64,000 nucleotides of DNA from a phage, in assembly GCA_029742005.1 (NCBI GenBank), contig GCA_029742005.1_4113.1; one strand, written 5' to 3'. Below are positions 1 to 8,918 of this stretch, one piece after another. Under the pieces are notes generated by a model that saw nothing but the letters and a program-made list of their open reading frames with translations, was not told the DNA's origin and did no database searches. The stretch's first letter is position 1, and each line of letters begins with the position of its first letter. The position numbers and the translations under genes are program-made.

Positions 1-1
1 T

Positions 2-364
2 CATTCAGACGAAGAAATTGATGACATGGAAGCTGAACTGTCACAAGACCGCCAAATGACTGAAAAATCCCATAACGAACTACAGAAATTAATGCAATGG
101 GTTGCAGATGTTGGTGAAAAAGCTGGTGCTGATAAGAAGAGTATAAACCGAAATCTTAGTTGGATTAAAGATAAAGTTGGTAACAACGCTCGTAAACTAC
201 AAAAAGCGTGGACTGATGTAGTGAATGGTGCTGTTGACATTGATGTTGAATCCGGTGAGGCATATGATTATGCATTGACTACACTTGATGACTCTTTCCG
301 TGATTACGAAAATGGAAATGTAACTCCTTGGGAAAAGGATATCATGAGCAAATACGGTAAATGA
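2..364 (+). CDS. hypothetical protein (5' partial, continues upstream of window)
   Basis: Frame open to window start; stop at 362-364; hairpin + T-run terminator follows. Confidence 0.55.
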   Translation, partial: HSDEEIDDMEAELSQDRQMTEKSHNELQKLMQWVADVGEKAGADKKSINRNLSWIKDKVGNNARKLQKAWTDVVNGAVDIDVESGEAYDYALTTLDDSFRDYENGNVTPWEKDIMSKYGK

Positions 365-373
365 TAAAACAAA

Positions 374-400
374 AGGTTGACTTCGGTCAGCCTTTTTTTT
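374..400 (+). terminator. rho-independent terminator (GGTTGAC-TTCG-GTCAGCC + T8)
   Basis: Stem-loop followed by TTTTTTTT directly after stop. Confidence 0.7.
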
Positions 401-436
401 GTAAATACAAAAGAGGAATTAAGAAGAGGGATTACA

Positions 437-688
437 ATGAAAAAATATATTATATTTGGAATTGTATTATTTTCCAGTACTACTTATGGTGCAGATTATC
501 ATTGCTCCGTAGCAAGGCAGGATTTCAGAAATGGGGAGTTCTATACTACCTCATACACAAAAGGAATAATACACGACACCGACAGAACTATTGGATTTAA
601 TGCGTTTGACAACAAAGATTCATATACTTCAGGTATACTATCTGAGCGTAAGACGGATGTACTCGGAATAGAAAAAGAGTTTCGGTGA
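437..688 (+). CDS. small secreted/membrane-anchored protein (N-terminal signal-like segment)
   Basis: ATG preceded by AAGAGGG; hydrophobic N-terminus MKKYIIFGIVLFSSTTYGA. Confidence 0.55.
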   Translation: MKKYIIFGIVLFSSTTYGADYHCSVARQDFRNGEFYTTSYTKGIIHDTDRTIGFNAFDNKDSYTSGILSERKTDVLGIEKEFR

Positions 689-692
689 TTCC

Positions 693-1022
693 GTGGCAAT
701 GTGTAATGACATTGAAAGTACTAAAAAAATTTATTATAATAATGAAATAAATTATCGTTTTCATAATTTAACCACAAATAAAAGTTTACTATTTTACAAT
801 TGTAAAGAAGTAAAATTCCCACCAGACAATAGCTGTACTCCAACTAATCAACCCCCAGCACAATGTAATACTCCCTCTGAACCTGATAAAAATAAAAAAG
901 ACAAAGATAAAGATAAAAAAGAAGACAAAAAACCTTTAAAAGATAAAAAGAAAGATAAAAAACCTAATCCGTTTAAAAATAATAAACCAGCACAACCCGA
1001 TATGACGTGTAAAATAAAATAA
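693..1022 (+). CDS. hypothetical Lys/Asp-rich low-complexity protein
   Basis: 109-aa ORF with KDKDKDKK repeats and several Cys; no RBS checked. Confidence 0.4.
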   Translation: MAMCNDIESTKKIYYNNEINYRFHNLTTNKSLLFYNCKEVKFPPDNSCTPTNQPPAQCNTPSEPDKNKKDKDKDKKEDKKPLKDKKKDKKPNPFKNNKPAQPDMTCKIK

Positions 1023-1031
1023 GGATATAAA

Positions 1032-1451
1032 ATGAAAAAGATTTTTTTAAGTATTATTTTAGTACTTTTTAGTTTTAATGTATATGCAGCAGATGCTAAA
1101 CAGGTTGCTAATACAGTAAAAGATGTTATAGTAGACAATGCTCCTACCTTAGAGGAAATTGGGGTAAAAACTTGTGATATTGTAATATATAATTTAGTTA
1201 ATGATGAACGAGTTATGTTGAATACGTATGAACAAGTAGTCCCATTGGTTGAATCTGGTGCTGCTTTTAGCTTTACATATAAAGTTAAATTAACAGGAGG
1301 GGTTGAAGTTAATCTTGACATTGATACCGCTTCAGTACTAAAAGATAAACTAGGATATGTGTTCAATCGTATTCGTGAAGAAGGTCATCTTAAGTATGTT
1401 TATGAAAGTAAAATACTAAAACGTGCAATAGTTATAGAAAACTGTAAATGA
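1032..1451 (+). CDS. secreted protein with signal peptide
   Basis: RBS AAGGAT; N-terminus MKKIFLSIILVLFSFNVYAADA; terminator downstream. Confidence 0.65.
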   Translation: MKKIFLSIILVLFSFNVYAADAKQVANTVKDVIVDNAPTLEEIGVKTCDIVIYNLVNDERVMLNTYEQVVPLVESGAAFSFTYKVKLTGGVEVNLDIDTASVLKDKLGYVFNRIREEGHLKYVYESKILKRAIVIENCK

Positions 1452-1458
1452 TAATAAA

Positions 1459-1485
1459 AGGGTTGACTTCGGTCAGCCTTTTTTG
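1459..1485 (+). terminator. rho-independent terminator; stem carries TTGACT
   Basis: GGTTGACTTCGGTCAGCC hairpin + TTTTTTG. Confidence 0.65.
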
Positions 1486-1520
1486 TTATGATGTTGATAT
1501 TAACTACAGAGGATAAAGTA

Positions 1521-2162
1521 ATGACTAAGCAAGAAATATTCAAAACTTTAATTGACATTTTGCGTCCATCAAAAACTCGTTGTGCGATGGAGTTTGATAT
1601 TCCTTATGCTGAACGCGTAATCTTTCCACAAGTTAAAGCTGCTGGACTTACTTTGCTTGGAATGGGGATGTACTCTGTAGTAGTTGAACATAAAAACTAT
1701 CCTGGGCGTGCATTTAAAGTAACCACTTCACGCTGGGATGGTTTTCGTGCTTATGCAATGTACTGCATTGAAAACGCAGGAACCAAGTTTCTTCCAGTGA
1801 TCTACAGTGCAAACGAACAAGGAAACTTTGGATGGTATGAGATGGACAAGTACTATCCTATAATTAAACAAAAAAATAATTATGATGACTTTGTTAGTAC
1901 TAAAATTGGAGATTTATATTCTTATGCACATGCTGGTCAGTATGCTACTTCAGTGAATGATATGCGTGGAAATTCTGAAGAGATTGCTATTGCGACGGTC
2001 GCTGCTAACATCATGAAAGAGTTTCACGGGCGTTTTGTACCAGACATTCATTCCAGTAATGTCATGATGGATAAAGATGGCAATGTATTCATTACTGATC
2101 CTCTTTCGTGTGATGTACGTAGAGAAATACCAGTTACTGAAGAAGATCCAGTTTTTTATTGA
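1521..2162 (+). CDS. hypothetical protein, possible kinase/phosphotransferase-like fold
   Basis: RBS GAGGA before ATG; C-terminal DIHSSNVMMDKDGNVFITDP resembles a catalytic loop plus DFG-like motif. Confidence 0.45.
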   Translation: MTKQEIFKTLIDILRPSKTRCAMEFDIPYAERVIFPQVKAAGLTLLGMGMYSVVVEHKNYPGRAFKVTTSRWDGFRAYAMYCIENAGTKFLPVIYSANEQGNFGWYEMDKYYPIIKQKNNYDDFVSTKIGDLYSYAHAGQYATSVNDMRGNSEEIAIATVAANIMKEFHGRFVPDIHSSNVMMDKDGNVFITDPLSCDVRREIPVTEEDPVFY

Positions 2163-2224
2163 CAGAACTGATGTAATGAGGTATTCTTAATAAACCATTA
2201 AAAAGTGCGGTAAAGGATAAAATC

Positions 2225-2506
2225 ATGCGTTCATTTGAAAACTTAATAGGTAAGAATCTTTTATCTGAAATTGATGCAGACGTTAAAGAATTATCCAAAT
2301 CAAAAAGTTACATTCATTTGGATGAACTATTTGTTAAGTACGGTGAGATTGGTTTTAAGTCATTATTTGTTTTTACTATGAAAGTACATAGTTTAAAGTA
2401 CTTCGATTTGAGTGCTAAAGATGGTGAACCGAATCTATATTACATGTATTACCTTAAGAACAAAGATGAAGCTAATACATTACTCTCTGAATATATATTG
2501 GGGTAA
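2225..2506 (+). CDS. hypothetical protein
   Basis: RBS AAAGGATAAAATC-ATG; 93-aa ORF. Confidence 0.55.
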   Translation: MRSFENLIGKNLLSEIDADVKELSKSKSYIHLDELFVKYGEIGFKSLFVFTMKVHSLKYFDLSAKDGEPNLYYMYYLKNKDEANTLLSEYILG

Positions 2507-2508
2507 AA

Positions 2509-2847
2509 ATGGAACAATATTTTGAATTAATAAACAAAGTATCATTTTATGTAGTATCTTTGGTTTGGGTGTATTATATGTTTTGCTACATTATTGCATT
2601 CTTCCGATACACTACTTTATATGAACGTATCTACTATGATGCCCCAATTTCATTCTTGATGTTTTGTGCATGTACGTGGGGAATATTAGAAGTACTGATA
2701 TGTGGGTATAGTACTGATGAATTAAATCTGGTATCGGTGTTGACTGGGTTTTCATTTGTTGTTATGATAGCTGCCGTTCCAGTATGGTTGTTCTTTGGAC
2801 TAGTTCATCGCATTGATATATGGCGTTCTAATATCCCTGAAAAGTAA
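2509..2847 (+). CDS. small multi-pass membrane protein, family A
   Basis: Hydrophobic segments; basic C-terminus ..RSNIPEK; paralog of the 7584-10023 array. Confidence 0.55.
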   Translation: MEQYFELINKVSFYVVSLVWVYYMFCYIIAFFRYTTLYERIYYDAPISFLMFCACTWGILEVLICGYSTDELNLVSVLTGFSFVVMIAAVPVWLFFGLVHRIDIWRSNIPEK

Positions 2848-2856
2848 GGATTGGTA

Positions 2857-3198
2857 ATGATTTATTACACTAACATGTTTGCCTATGCTGTTGCTTGCAT
2901 TTACATTGTTTACTTCTTATTCGGTGGAGTACTGTGCTTCTTTAAGTACAAAACGTTGTTCAACCGAATGTACCCAAATCATCCAATTGTAGTTGTACTT
3001 TTGATTCTTTCAGTTTCTCAAATAATCGTTGAAACTACAATGGGTATCAGTAGTGTACATTATAGTTTTGGTACTATAGTAATTATTACTATGCTTATTG
3101 CATACATTTTAGTACTTGGATATGGTATCTTTGGTAATATTGGTATGAAAATGTATCATCGAATTAAAACATTACGTGATAATCTACCGGAGCGTTGA
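2857..3198 (+). CDS. small multi-pass membrane protein, family A
   Basis: RBS AAGGA; C-terminus ..LRDNLPER; table start at 2851 is TTG, ATG at 2857 used. Confidence 0.55.
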   Translation: MIYYTNMFAYAVACIYIVYFLFGGVLCFFKYKTLFNRMYPNHPIVVVLLILSVSQIIVETTMGISSVHYSFGTIVIITMLIAYILVLGYGIFGNIGMKMYHRIKTLRDNLPER

Positions 3199-3199
3199 T

Positions 3200-3544
3200 A
3201 TGTATAATTTGAACCTAATCTCATATATTATAACAACACTGTTTACATTCTATGCCTTTGTTGGTATAATCCTACTGTACTTTAAATTTTATAAAGTGTT
3301 TAACCGTTTCTATCCTTCAATGGAGAATGAGTTTTTCTTTGTGTTGTACGTATGTTACACATTCATGGCTACATGTTTCACTGTAGTCGATGGTGTCATC
3401 GGCATTAAAACTGCTGCACCAAATGGTAGTACGCTGGTTGCATTTATTCTTACCGGATTCCTTGCAACTTATATTGCCTTCATTGCAACATGGTCAGTGG
3501 TTGAATTTCTCTTGCGACTACGAAAGAATATGCCGAATCGATAG
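3200..3544 (+). CDS. small multi-pass membrane protein, family A
   Basis: RBS GGAG; C-terminus ..RKNMPNR; ATG at 3200 used instead of upstream GTG. Confidence 0.55.
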   Translation: MYNLNLISYIITTLFTFYAFVGIILLYFKFYKVFNRFYPSMENEFFFVLYVCYTFMATCFTVVDGVIGIKTAAPNGSTLVAFILTGFLATYIAFIATWSVVEFLLRLRKNMPNR

Positions 3545-3553
3545 GAGACATAT

Positions 3554-3808
3554 ATGTTTGCATTGCGTAACAAAAACACTAAAGAAATATTATGTTTAGA
3601 TACCGTATGGGATTGTGCGGGATCAACTACAGTTCTTGAAGAAGGAACTGGATATTGCGTGTTTGTTGTACATGATAGGAATGAACTCGAATTATTACTT
3701 GCTGAGTTCAATGCTGGTGGTAATCCTAACAGTACTGAATACCCTGAGATTATCAATCCAGCACCACCAGGCTCTTATGAAATTCTACAACTGTGGGAGT
3801 TGAAGTAA
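3554..3808 (+). CDS. hypothetical protein
   Basis: RBS TAGGAGA; 84 aa. Confidence 0.55.
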   Translation: MFALRNKNTKEILCLDTVWDCAGSTTVLEEGTGYCVFVVHDRNELELLLAEFNAGGNPNSTEYPEIINPAPPGSYEILQLWELK

Positions 3809-4188
3809 TGCGTCAAATGCACAAAGTAACCGAGCTAAACAAGCGTCTGGTTAAACAATCAATGTTCGAGGATAAAGAGTCTTATTATAACTTTAAACGT
3901 GCAGTAGAGGCTGCTATCCACATTCAGAAGCTTAAAGAACGTGGTTGTATTATTCTGGAAAATGGTTCGGAAGTTGTAACGGATGACTTTAGTGTAGCGT
4001 TTGATGTTTCACCTGACGGGACGCTATCAATGCCCCGCTTAGGAACTGGAAACATGACTGTTTGGGTTGGCTTCACTATGGGGAATGTACCTGGTACTGT
4101 GTACGTAGATGATGCGGAATTGAAAGACAGTTTCAAAAACTTATCTTATCTTGAACCACAATACGCACATGAAATGAATTTATTTTGA
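3808..4188 (+). CDS. hypothetical protein
   Basis: ATG overlaps preceding stop (TAATG); RBS GGGAG. Confidence 0.55.
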   Translation: MRQMHKVTELNKRLVKQSMFEDKESYYNFKRAVEAAIHIQKLKERGCIILENGSEVVTDDFSVAFDVSPDGTLSMPRLGTGNMTVWVGFTMGNVPGTVYVDDAELKDSFKNLSYLEPQYAHEMNLF

Positions 4189-4189
4189 G

Positions 4190-4218
4190 TTGACAAACAC
4201 ATTCAGTACTGTATAATG
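4190..4218 (+). promoter_or_regulatory. sigma70-like promoter (TTGACA-17-TATAAT) followed by 5' stem-loop at 4227-4246
   Basis: Exact consensus hexamers with 17-nt spacer; GGGATGA/TCATCCC hairpin downstream. Confidence 0.65.
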
Positions 4219-4264
4219 CTTATCAAGGGGATGAATTTCTCATCCCTACAATCGAGGAACTACC

Positions 4265-4819
4265 ATGATTACTTTTAAGAAAACTGCTAACCACATCCAT
4301 GAAATCTACATTAACGGTCACAAAGCTGGCCTTCTTCGTTTACTCGCCCATCATCCTGATGTTACCGTATCTGATAATGAACCTAAAGATTGGCGTGTAT
4401 TTTTCTTTGGAAAGTACAGTGATTTTCAAGTATCAAACCTGAAGAACATTCGTTCAGTATGCACGTTAACTGAAATTAAAGAAAAGTTAGAAAAAGCATT
4501 GAAAACTAATCCAGATGGTGTTCTTCCACCTGATAACTTTGTAGAGAAAGGTTATGCATTAGCTCATTTCAAAGATGGTACTATTCAATCTATCAGTACT
4601 GAATATGAATATCAATGGACTGAGTACTTCACTTATGGATCGCGTAATACATTGATGGCTTCACGTAGTAAATTGGAAGAAGTACTGACTCGTATGAATG
4701 AACGCGAACGTCAATTTTATGACAAACCAGAAATGTGGAGTTCAACTTACATTGACCGTATTGACTATGTTATTATGACTCCAATCTTTGACACTGCTTA
4801 CTATGATTCTTTGAAATAA
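4265..4819 (+). CDS. hypothetical protein
   Basis: RBS GAGGAA; 184 aa; downstream of promoter + hairpin. Confidence 0.6.
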   Translation: MITFKKTANHIHEIYINGHKAGLLRLLAHHPDVTVSDNEPKDWRVFFFGKYSDFQVSNLKNIRSVCTLTEIKEKLEKALKTNPDGVLPPDNFVEKGYALAHFKDGTIQSISTEYEYQWTEYFTYGSRNTLMASRSKLEEVLTRMNERERQFYDKPEMWSSTYIDRIDYVIMTPIFDTAYYDSLK

Positions 4820-4830
4820 GGATAACTTAT

Positions 4831-5007
4831 ATGAAACTACGTACTCGTAATCGACTGATGGATGCACTGTACCATGAACAGCTTTCACTGAATGAAGTGA
4901 AGCGACAGTTAATGTACACATATCTGTTACCCGCTCGCATTGCAAAACAACGTGCTAAAGAATTGCTGAAAGAAGCAATCGAGTACTGGGAATCTGATTC
5001 GTACTAA
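4831..5007 (+). CDS. small hypothetical protein (58 aa)
   Basis: RBS TAAGGA before ATG; absent from ORF track because under 60 aa. Confidence 0.45.
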   Translation: MKLRTRNRLMDALYHEQLSLNEVKRQLMYTYLLPARIAKQRAKELLKEAIEYWESDSY

Positions 5008-5035
5008 TTGTCACGTTAATTAAGTGAGGCGATAA

Positions 5036-5287
5036 ATGAAAATTTTATTAGTTCTAATACTACTAATTGTTTTACCATTTACGTTAGTATCCCCTGGACT
5101 TGCATGGAATGTGTTTGTGTACTTAGTATGTACTATTGTAGTAAATGGTATCTTGTTCTTAGTTCTATTCATAAATGGAATAGGACACGGTGGAGGATGG
5201 ACCAGTACTGCTGATATTGTACATAAAACCACTATGTCTTTATTTGTAGTGTGGAATTTATTCTGGACTTGGTTTGTGTTCTTCTAA
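5036..5287 (+). CDS. small membrane protein
   Basis: RBS GTGAGG; strongly hydrophobic 83 aa. Confidence 0.55.
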   Translation: MKILLVLILLIVLPFTLVSPGLAWNVFVYLVCTIVVNGILFLVLFINGIGHGGGWTSTADIVHKTTMSLFVVWNLFWTWFVFF

Positions 5288-5299
5288 TTAAAAAAAAAT

Positions 5300-5671
5300 A
5301 TGAATATAGATTTGAAAGGTGCAACCCGAACTGTCATACTCATTGGGGAATATGCTATCAAGATTCCAACCTTTAAAAGTTGGAAGCTATTCTTAACAGG
5401 GATGATAGCTAACCTCAATGAACGTTCTTGGATGCAGTACTCCAAGCGTAGTGATAGTGGTATCTGCCCTACGTTGTGGTCATCATGTACTGGACTAGTA
5501 ACTGTACAGAAACGTTGTAAGCCAGTACAACATAGGGGTTTATTTTGGGTGGAGTTGTGTGCTTTAGCATTGAATTCAGAGTTAAGTACTGACTTCTTCT
5601 ATTCAGATGCGAAGCCAGAAAACTTTGGGTATCTGGGTGGTAAGTTAGTTAAACTTGATTATGGAGATTAA
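5300..5671 (+). CDS. small protein with kinase-like motifs
   Basis: GATRTV..YAIKIP then DAKPENFG and KLDYGD, resembling Gly-loop/Lys/catalytic loop/DFG; only 123 aa. Confidence 0.4.
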   Translation: MNIDLKGATRTVILIGEYAIKIPTFKSWKLFLTGMIANLNERSWMQYSKRSDSGICPTLWSSCTGLVTVQKRCKPVQHRGLFWVELCALALNSELSTDFFYSDAKPENFGYLGGKLVKLDYGD

Positions 5672-5672
5672 T

Positions 5673-6095
5673 ATGTACGCACTGTATAATAAAGAAAAGA
5701 AACAATTTGCTAAGGTTGAAAAATCGATTGATACATTTGGCATGTTTAAGTACTGTATTGTGACGGACCCATATGCTAACTTGTATTACGTTCTTGATGA
5801 CGTATCAGTACTGCAACGATTGCTTGAACGTTCCAAAAGCCAATGCCAAGGTATCCATGATGGTTCAACTTATGAAACACCTGAGTGTTCCTATGGCTAT
5901 CTGGATGGGTATGAGATTGTGAAGTTGGGTGCATTGTTGATTAATGAGGAATTTATGAAACTATGTACATGTGATGATTGTGGTAAACAAATACCAGAAA
6001 GTGAAGTATATCGTAATGAAACTGCATTCGGTGATGATGGTGACTACTGCCAGGATTGTTTTTACGAGAACCATTATGATTTTGGCGATGATTAA
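5673..6095 (+). CDS. hypothetical protein with C-terminal Cys-rich (zinc-ribbon-like) region
   Basis: RBS GGAG; C-terminal CTCDDCGK..(21)..CQDC. Confidence 0.5.
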   Translation: MYALYNKEKKQFAKVEKSIDTFGMFKYCIVTDPYANLYYVLDDVSVLQRLLERSKSQCQGIHDGSTYETPECSYGYLDGYEIVKLGALLINEEFMKLCTCDDCGKQIPESEVYRNETAFGDDGDYCQDCFYENHYDFGDD

Positions 6096-6099
6096 AACA

Positions 6100-6127
6100 A
6101 AGGGTTGACTTCGGTCAGCCCTTTTTG
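6100..6127 (+). terminator. rho-independent terminator overlapping a promoter -35
   Basis: AGGGTTGACTTCGGTCAGCCCT hairpin + TTTTTG. Confidence 0.65.
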
Positions 6128-6134
6128 TTATAAT
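6105..6134 (+). promoter_or_regulatory. promoter TTGACT-18-TATAAT embedded in terminator
   Basis: -35 lies in hairpin stem; -10 TATAAT at 6129-6134. Confidence 0.5.
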
Positions 6135-6162
6135 CATTTCATCGAAACGAGAGGATGAATAC

Positions 6163-6678
6163 ATGACACGCATTAACTTAGTACACGTTAAAGAACTTGC
6201 TGACCAACATCTGATGGCTGAATATCGTGAACTCCCACGTGTATTTGGTGCTGTACAAAAACACGTTCAAGCACGTAAGCGTGTACGTGATTTCAAAATT
6301 AACAGTACTTACCTGTTAGGTTCAGGTCATGTAACATTCTTCTACAACAAGTTATTGTACTTACAGAAGCGTCATATTGATATTGTTAACGAATGTTTGC
6401 GTCGTGGTATGAAGATTCAAAACACTGAAGTAAACGACATTAGCGGATTCCCTGCTGAGTTTTGTAATGACTACGTACCATCGGAGTCAGAGATTAAAAT
6501 GTCTCGTGAGCGTTTGATTGAGAAGCTACAGATGAAGCCTACGTGGTATAAATTTACTGACGTTGAACGCCCACAGTATGTTAAAGATATGCAGGACGTA
6601 AGTAGTAATATAGAATCTAGTACTGATTTGTTCGACGAAATTGAAGAACAAATCAAAGATGAAATGAATAATTATTAA
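6163..6678 (+). CDS. denV: pyrimidine-dimer DNA glycosylase / endonuclease V
   Basis: N-terminal 130 aa closely match the T4 DenV sequence as recalled ([46 protein letters not shown]); acidic C-terminal extension. Confidence 0.88.
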   Translation: MTRINLVHVKELADQHLMAEYRELPRVFGAVQKHVQARKRVRDFKINSTYLLGSGHVTFFYNKLLYLQKRHIDIVNECLRRGMKIQNTEVNDISGFPAEFCNDYVPSESEIKMSRERLIEKLQMKPTWYKFTDVERPQYVKDMQDVSSNIESSTDLFDEIEEQIKDEMNNY

Positions 6679-6683
6679 AGAAA

Positions 6684-6710
6684 AGGGTTGACTTCGGTCA
6701 GCCCTTTTTG
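6684..6710 (+). terminator. rho-independent terminator overlapping a promoter -35
   Basis: GGGTTGACTTCGGTCAGCCC + TTTTTG. Confidence 0.65.
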
Positions 6711-6718
6711 CTATAATT
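6688..6718 (+). promoter_or_regulatory. promoter TTGACT-19-TATAAT embedded in terminator
   Basis: Same composite as at 6100; spacer is long (19). Confidence 0.4.
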
Positions 6719-6745
6719 ATTTCATCAACTGATGAGGATAACGAA

Positions 6746-7516
6746 ATGACCAGAGAAGCACGTAGCATTCAAATCCAGAAAAACTTCAACTCCATGATGG
6801 TTGCTCTTGAGTGTTTGCTCGATGATAGCAGTACTGTAAAAAGTATGGTTGTCAGCGGTGCACCTGGTGTTGGTAAGACTTACACCCTGTCACAACGCCT
6901 CCAGAAAGCTCATGACGCAGCAGAATGGAACGTAGCTACTATCAGTGGTAAGATGACTACTCTTGCTCTGTATGAAGTTCTGTACAAGAATCGTCACAGC
7001 ACTAACGTATTAGTACTGGATGATATGGACAGCATCTTTGATTCAGAAGACGGTATGAACCTGCTCAAAGCAGTACTGGACAGCGGTAAACGTACTGTGT
7101 CTTACATGACTAGCTCTAAGTACTTAACTACCAACGGTATCCCTAACAGCTTTGATTTTAACGGTCGTATCGTATTCATTACTAACAAAGATTTAGCACT
7201 GAATGCTAAAGCTAAAACCAAAATGTCTGCTCACTATGCTGCTCTTATGTCTCGCTCTGTGTATGTTGACTTACAGATCCAGACTAAAAGCGATATCATG
7301 ATTCACATTGAAAACGTAATGAACAAGACCAACATCCTGTCAACTAAAGGTGTTAATAGTAATGGTAGTAAAGCAATCCTGAATTGGATGCTGAAACATG
7401 AAGATGCACTTCGTGCCCCTTCACTGCGTATGCCTCTGTTGATTTCAGCAGTATACAACAACAACCCGTATGATTGGGAAGAGCAGTGCGAAAACTTGTT
7501 CCTTGAGAAAATTTAA
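6746..7516 (+). CDS. P-loop NTPase (AAA-like ATPase)
   Basis: Walker A GAPGVGKT and Walker B-like VLVLDDMD; RBS GAGGA. Confidence 0.6.
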   Translation: MTREARSIQIQKNFNSMMVALECLLDDSSTVKSMVVSGAPGVGKTYTLSQRLQKAHDAAEWNVATISGKMTTLALYEVLYKNRHSTNVLVLDDMDSIFDSEDGMNLLKAVLDSGKRTVSYMTSSKYLTTNGIPNSFDFNGRIVFITNKDLALNAKAKTKMSAHYAALMSRSVYVDLQIQTKSDIMIHIENVMNKTNILSTKGVNSNGSKAILNWMLKHEDALRAPSLRMPLLISAVYNNNPYDWEEQCENLFLEKI

Positions 7517-7525
7517 TTACATGTA

Positions 7526-7554
7526 TTGACAGTACTACACTATGGTAGTACTAT
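7526..7554 (+). promoter_or_regulatory. promoter TTGACA-17-TACTAT with inverted repeat AGTACTAC/GTAGTACT
   Basis: Consensus -35; weaker -10; palindrome spans the spacer. Confidence 0.45.
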
Positions 7555-7583
7555 AACTTAATATTCACCACCGGAGATACGAT

Positions 7584-7922
7584 ATGCTTGAGTTTTTTAA
7601 TTCAGATACAATGCTTAGTATTACTTTGATTTATCTGTTTGGTTTTTTCTTTTATCATGCACTAGTTGTAGTACTATGGTATTTTAAAAAGAAAATCGTT
7701 TTCAAACTGTATCCTGATGGAAACATTTCACTACTTCTTTTCACTATTATCCAAGGTATGTTTGCAATTGTTGGTCTTATCGCACACTTAATTTATTGTG
7801 CTAATCCACAGTTGAACTCAATATCACAATATATTGTATTCCTTGGATTACTAATTTGGGTGCTGATATACTTGTTTAATCTCATCATTAATGGTAGAGC
7901 AAAAATTCGTGGGGACTTCTAA
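7584..7922 (+). CDS. small multi-pass membrane protein, family A
   Basis: RBS GGAGA; hydrophobic; first of seven tandem paralogs. Confidence 0.55.
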   Translation: MLEFFNSDTMLSITLIYLFGFFFYHALVVVLWYFKKKIVFKLYPDGNISLLLFTIIQGMFAIVGLIAHLIYCANPQLNSISQYIVFLGLLIWVLIYLFNLIINGRAKIRGDF

Positions 7923-8269
7923 TGTTTGAATCTTATCTTGAGTTTTTAAAGAGTAGTTCTGTTGCACATTCAATTGCAGGGATTATTCTAACAGGTTATG
8001 TAACATTTTGGGTAGTTATGTTTCTAGGATGGTATTTTAAACGACAATTCTATAAGCGTAATGGTGAAGATTTTATGAATTCTTTCATTAATCAATCGTT
8101 GTTTGCATCAACATTGATAGCATGTATTGTAGCAACACTCACAGGAAAGGTACTGCCAGCATTCTCCGCAGTTTACGGTACATTGGGTATGATATGTGTA
8201 GTTTTTTACTTGACCATTAAACTTTGTTGTGTTATGATTGAACTTCGAAACAAGATACCGGAGGAATGA
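7922..8269 (+). CDS. small multi-pass membrane protein, family A
   Basis: Start overlaps previous stop; C-terminus ELRNKIPEE. Confidence 0.55.
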   Translation: MFESYLEFLKSSSVAHSIAGIILTGYVTFWVVMFLGWYFKRQFYKRNGEDFMNSFINQSLFASTLIACIVATLTGKVLPAFSAVYGTLGMICVVFYLTIKLCCVMIELRNKIPEE

Positions 8270-8604
8270 TGGAATATTTTTTACACTTACTGCCGTGGTA
8301 TATGAAAGTTAGTACTATGTACTATATTCTTAGTGCTGGATTCTACTTTCTGATGTGGTTCTTCAAACGACCAATTTCAGTATTCATCTCTGATAACATG
8401 CTGCAATTAAAATTACACGCATGGTTTTTTATGGCGATGTTTATGCCTATTATTCACTACTCAATGATTAGTAGAGGTTTACGTTCTAATGGTGAACCAA
8501 TTATATTAGTATTCTATTGGGGTTCAACTATTGCATATGTAAGTTTGTTGTTGATCCCAGCCGTTCATAAATTACGTGCTAAAGTTCCTGATGTGAGGTA
8601 CTAA
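8266..8604 (+). CDS. small multi-pass membrane protein, family A
   Basis: ATGA stop/start overlap; C-terminus KLRAKVPDVRY. Confidence 0.55.
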   Translation: MMEYFLHLLPWYMKVSTMYYILSAGFYFLMWFFKRPISVFISDNMLQLKLHAWFFMAMFMPIIHYSMISRGLRSNGEPIILVFYWGSTIAYVSLLLIPAVHKLRAKVPDVRY

Positions 8605-8918
8605 TGGATATCTTAACATTGATTTACACGTTGTATTCATTCTATTTTATTATGTGTTGGGTTGGATTTTTATTTGTACTGAAGATGTTTGATTATGTTG
8701 AAAAACAGATAAAAGAATTTTGTATTCCTTTTATTGGGTCAACCATTATTAGTATTACTTGTTTGTATTATTTGGTATGTGATCCACCTGATGATACAGC
8801 TATGATTGATTTCATGTTATTGCCAACAACTGTTATTTTTTTATGTAGTCTGATGCCACCGATTAGCCGTGGACTAACTGAATTTAGACGCAATCAAAAG
8901 CGTAAACGAGGGATGTGA
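8604..8918 (+). CDS. small multi-pass membrane protein, family A
   Basis: RBS GAGG; C-terminus EFRRNQKRKRGM. Confidence 0.55.
   Translation: MDILTLIYTLYSFYFIMCWVGFLFVLKMFDYVEKQIKEFCIPFIGSTIISITCLYYLVCDPPDDTAMIDFMLLPTTVIFLCSLMPPISRGLTEFRRNQKRKRGM

Noticed and set aside
3390-3756. Overlapping ORFs 3390..3599 (+), 3469..3756 (-), 3615..3803 (+), 3924..4136 (-) and similar short antisense ORFs throughout
   Set aside because: They overlap better-supported genes in another frame or strand, lack an RBS and have no paralog support.
5961-6173. Minus-strand ORFs 5961..6173 and 6526..6768 encoding ..KRADRSQPF..
   Set aside because: Both are the reverse-complement translation of the repeated terminator-promoter hairpin and overlap well-supported forward genes (denV and its neighbours), so the shared peptide is a repeat artefact.
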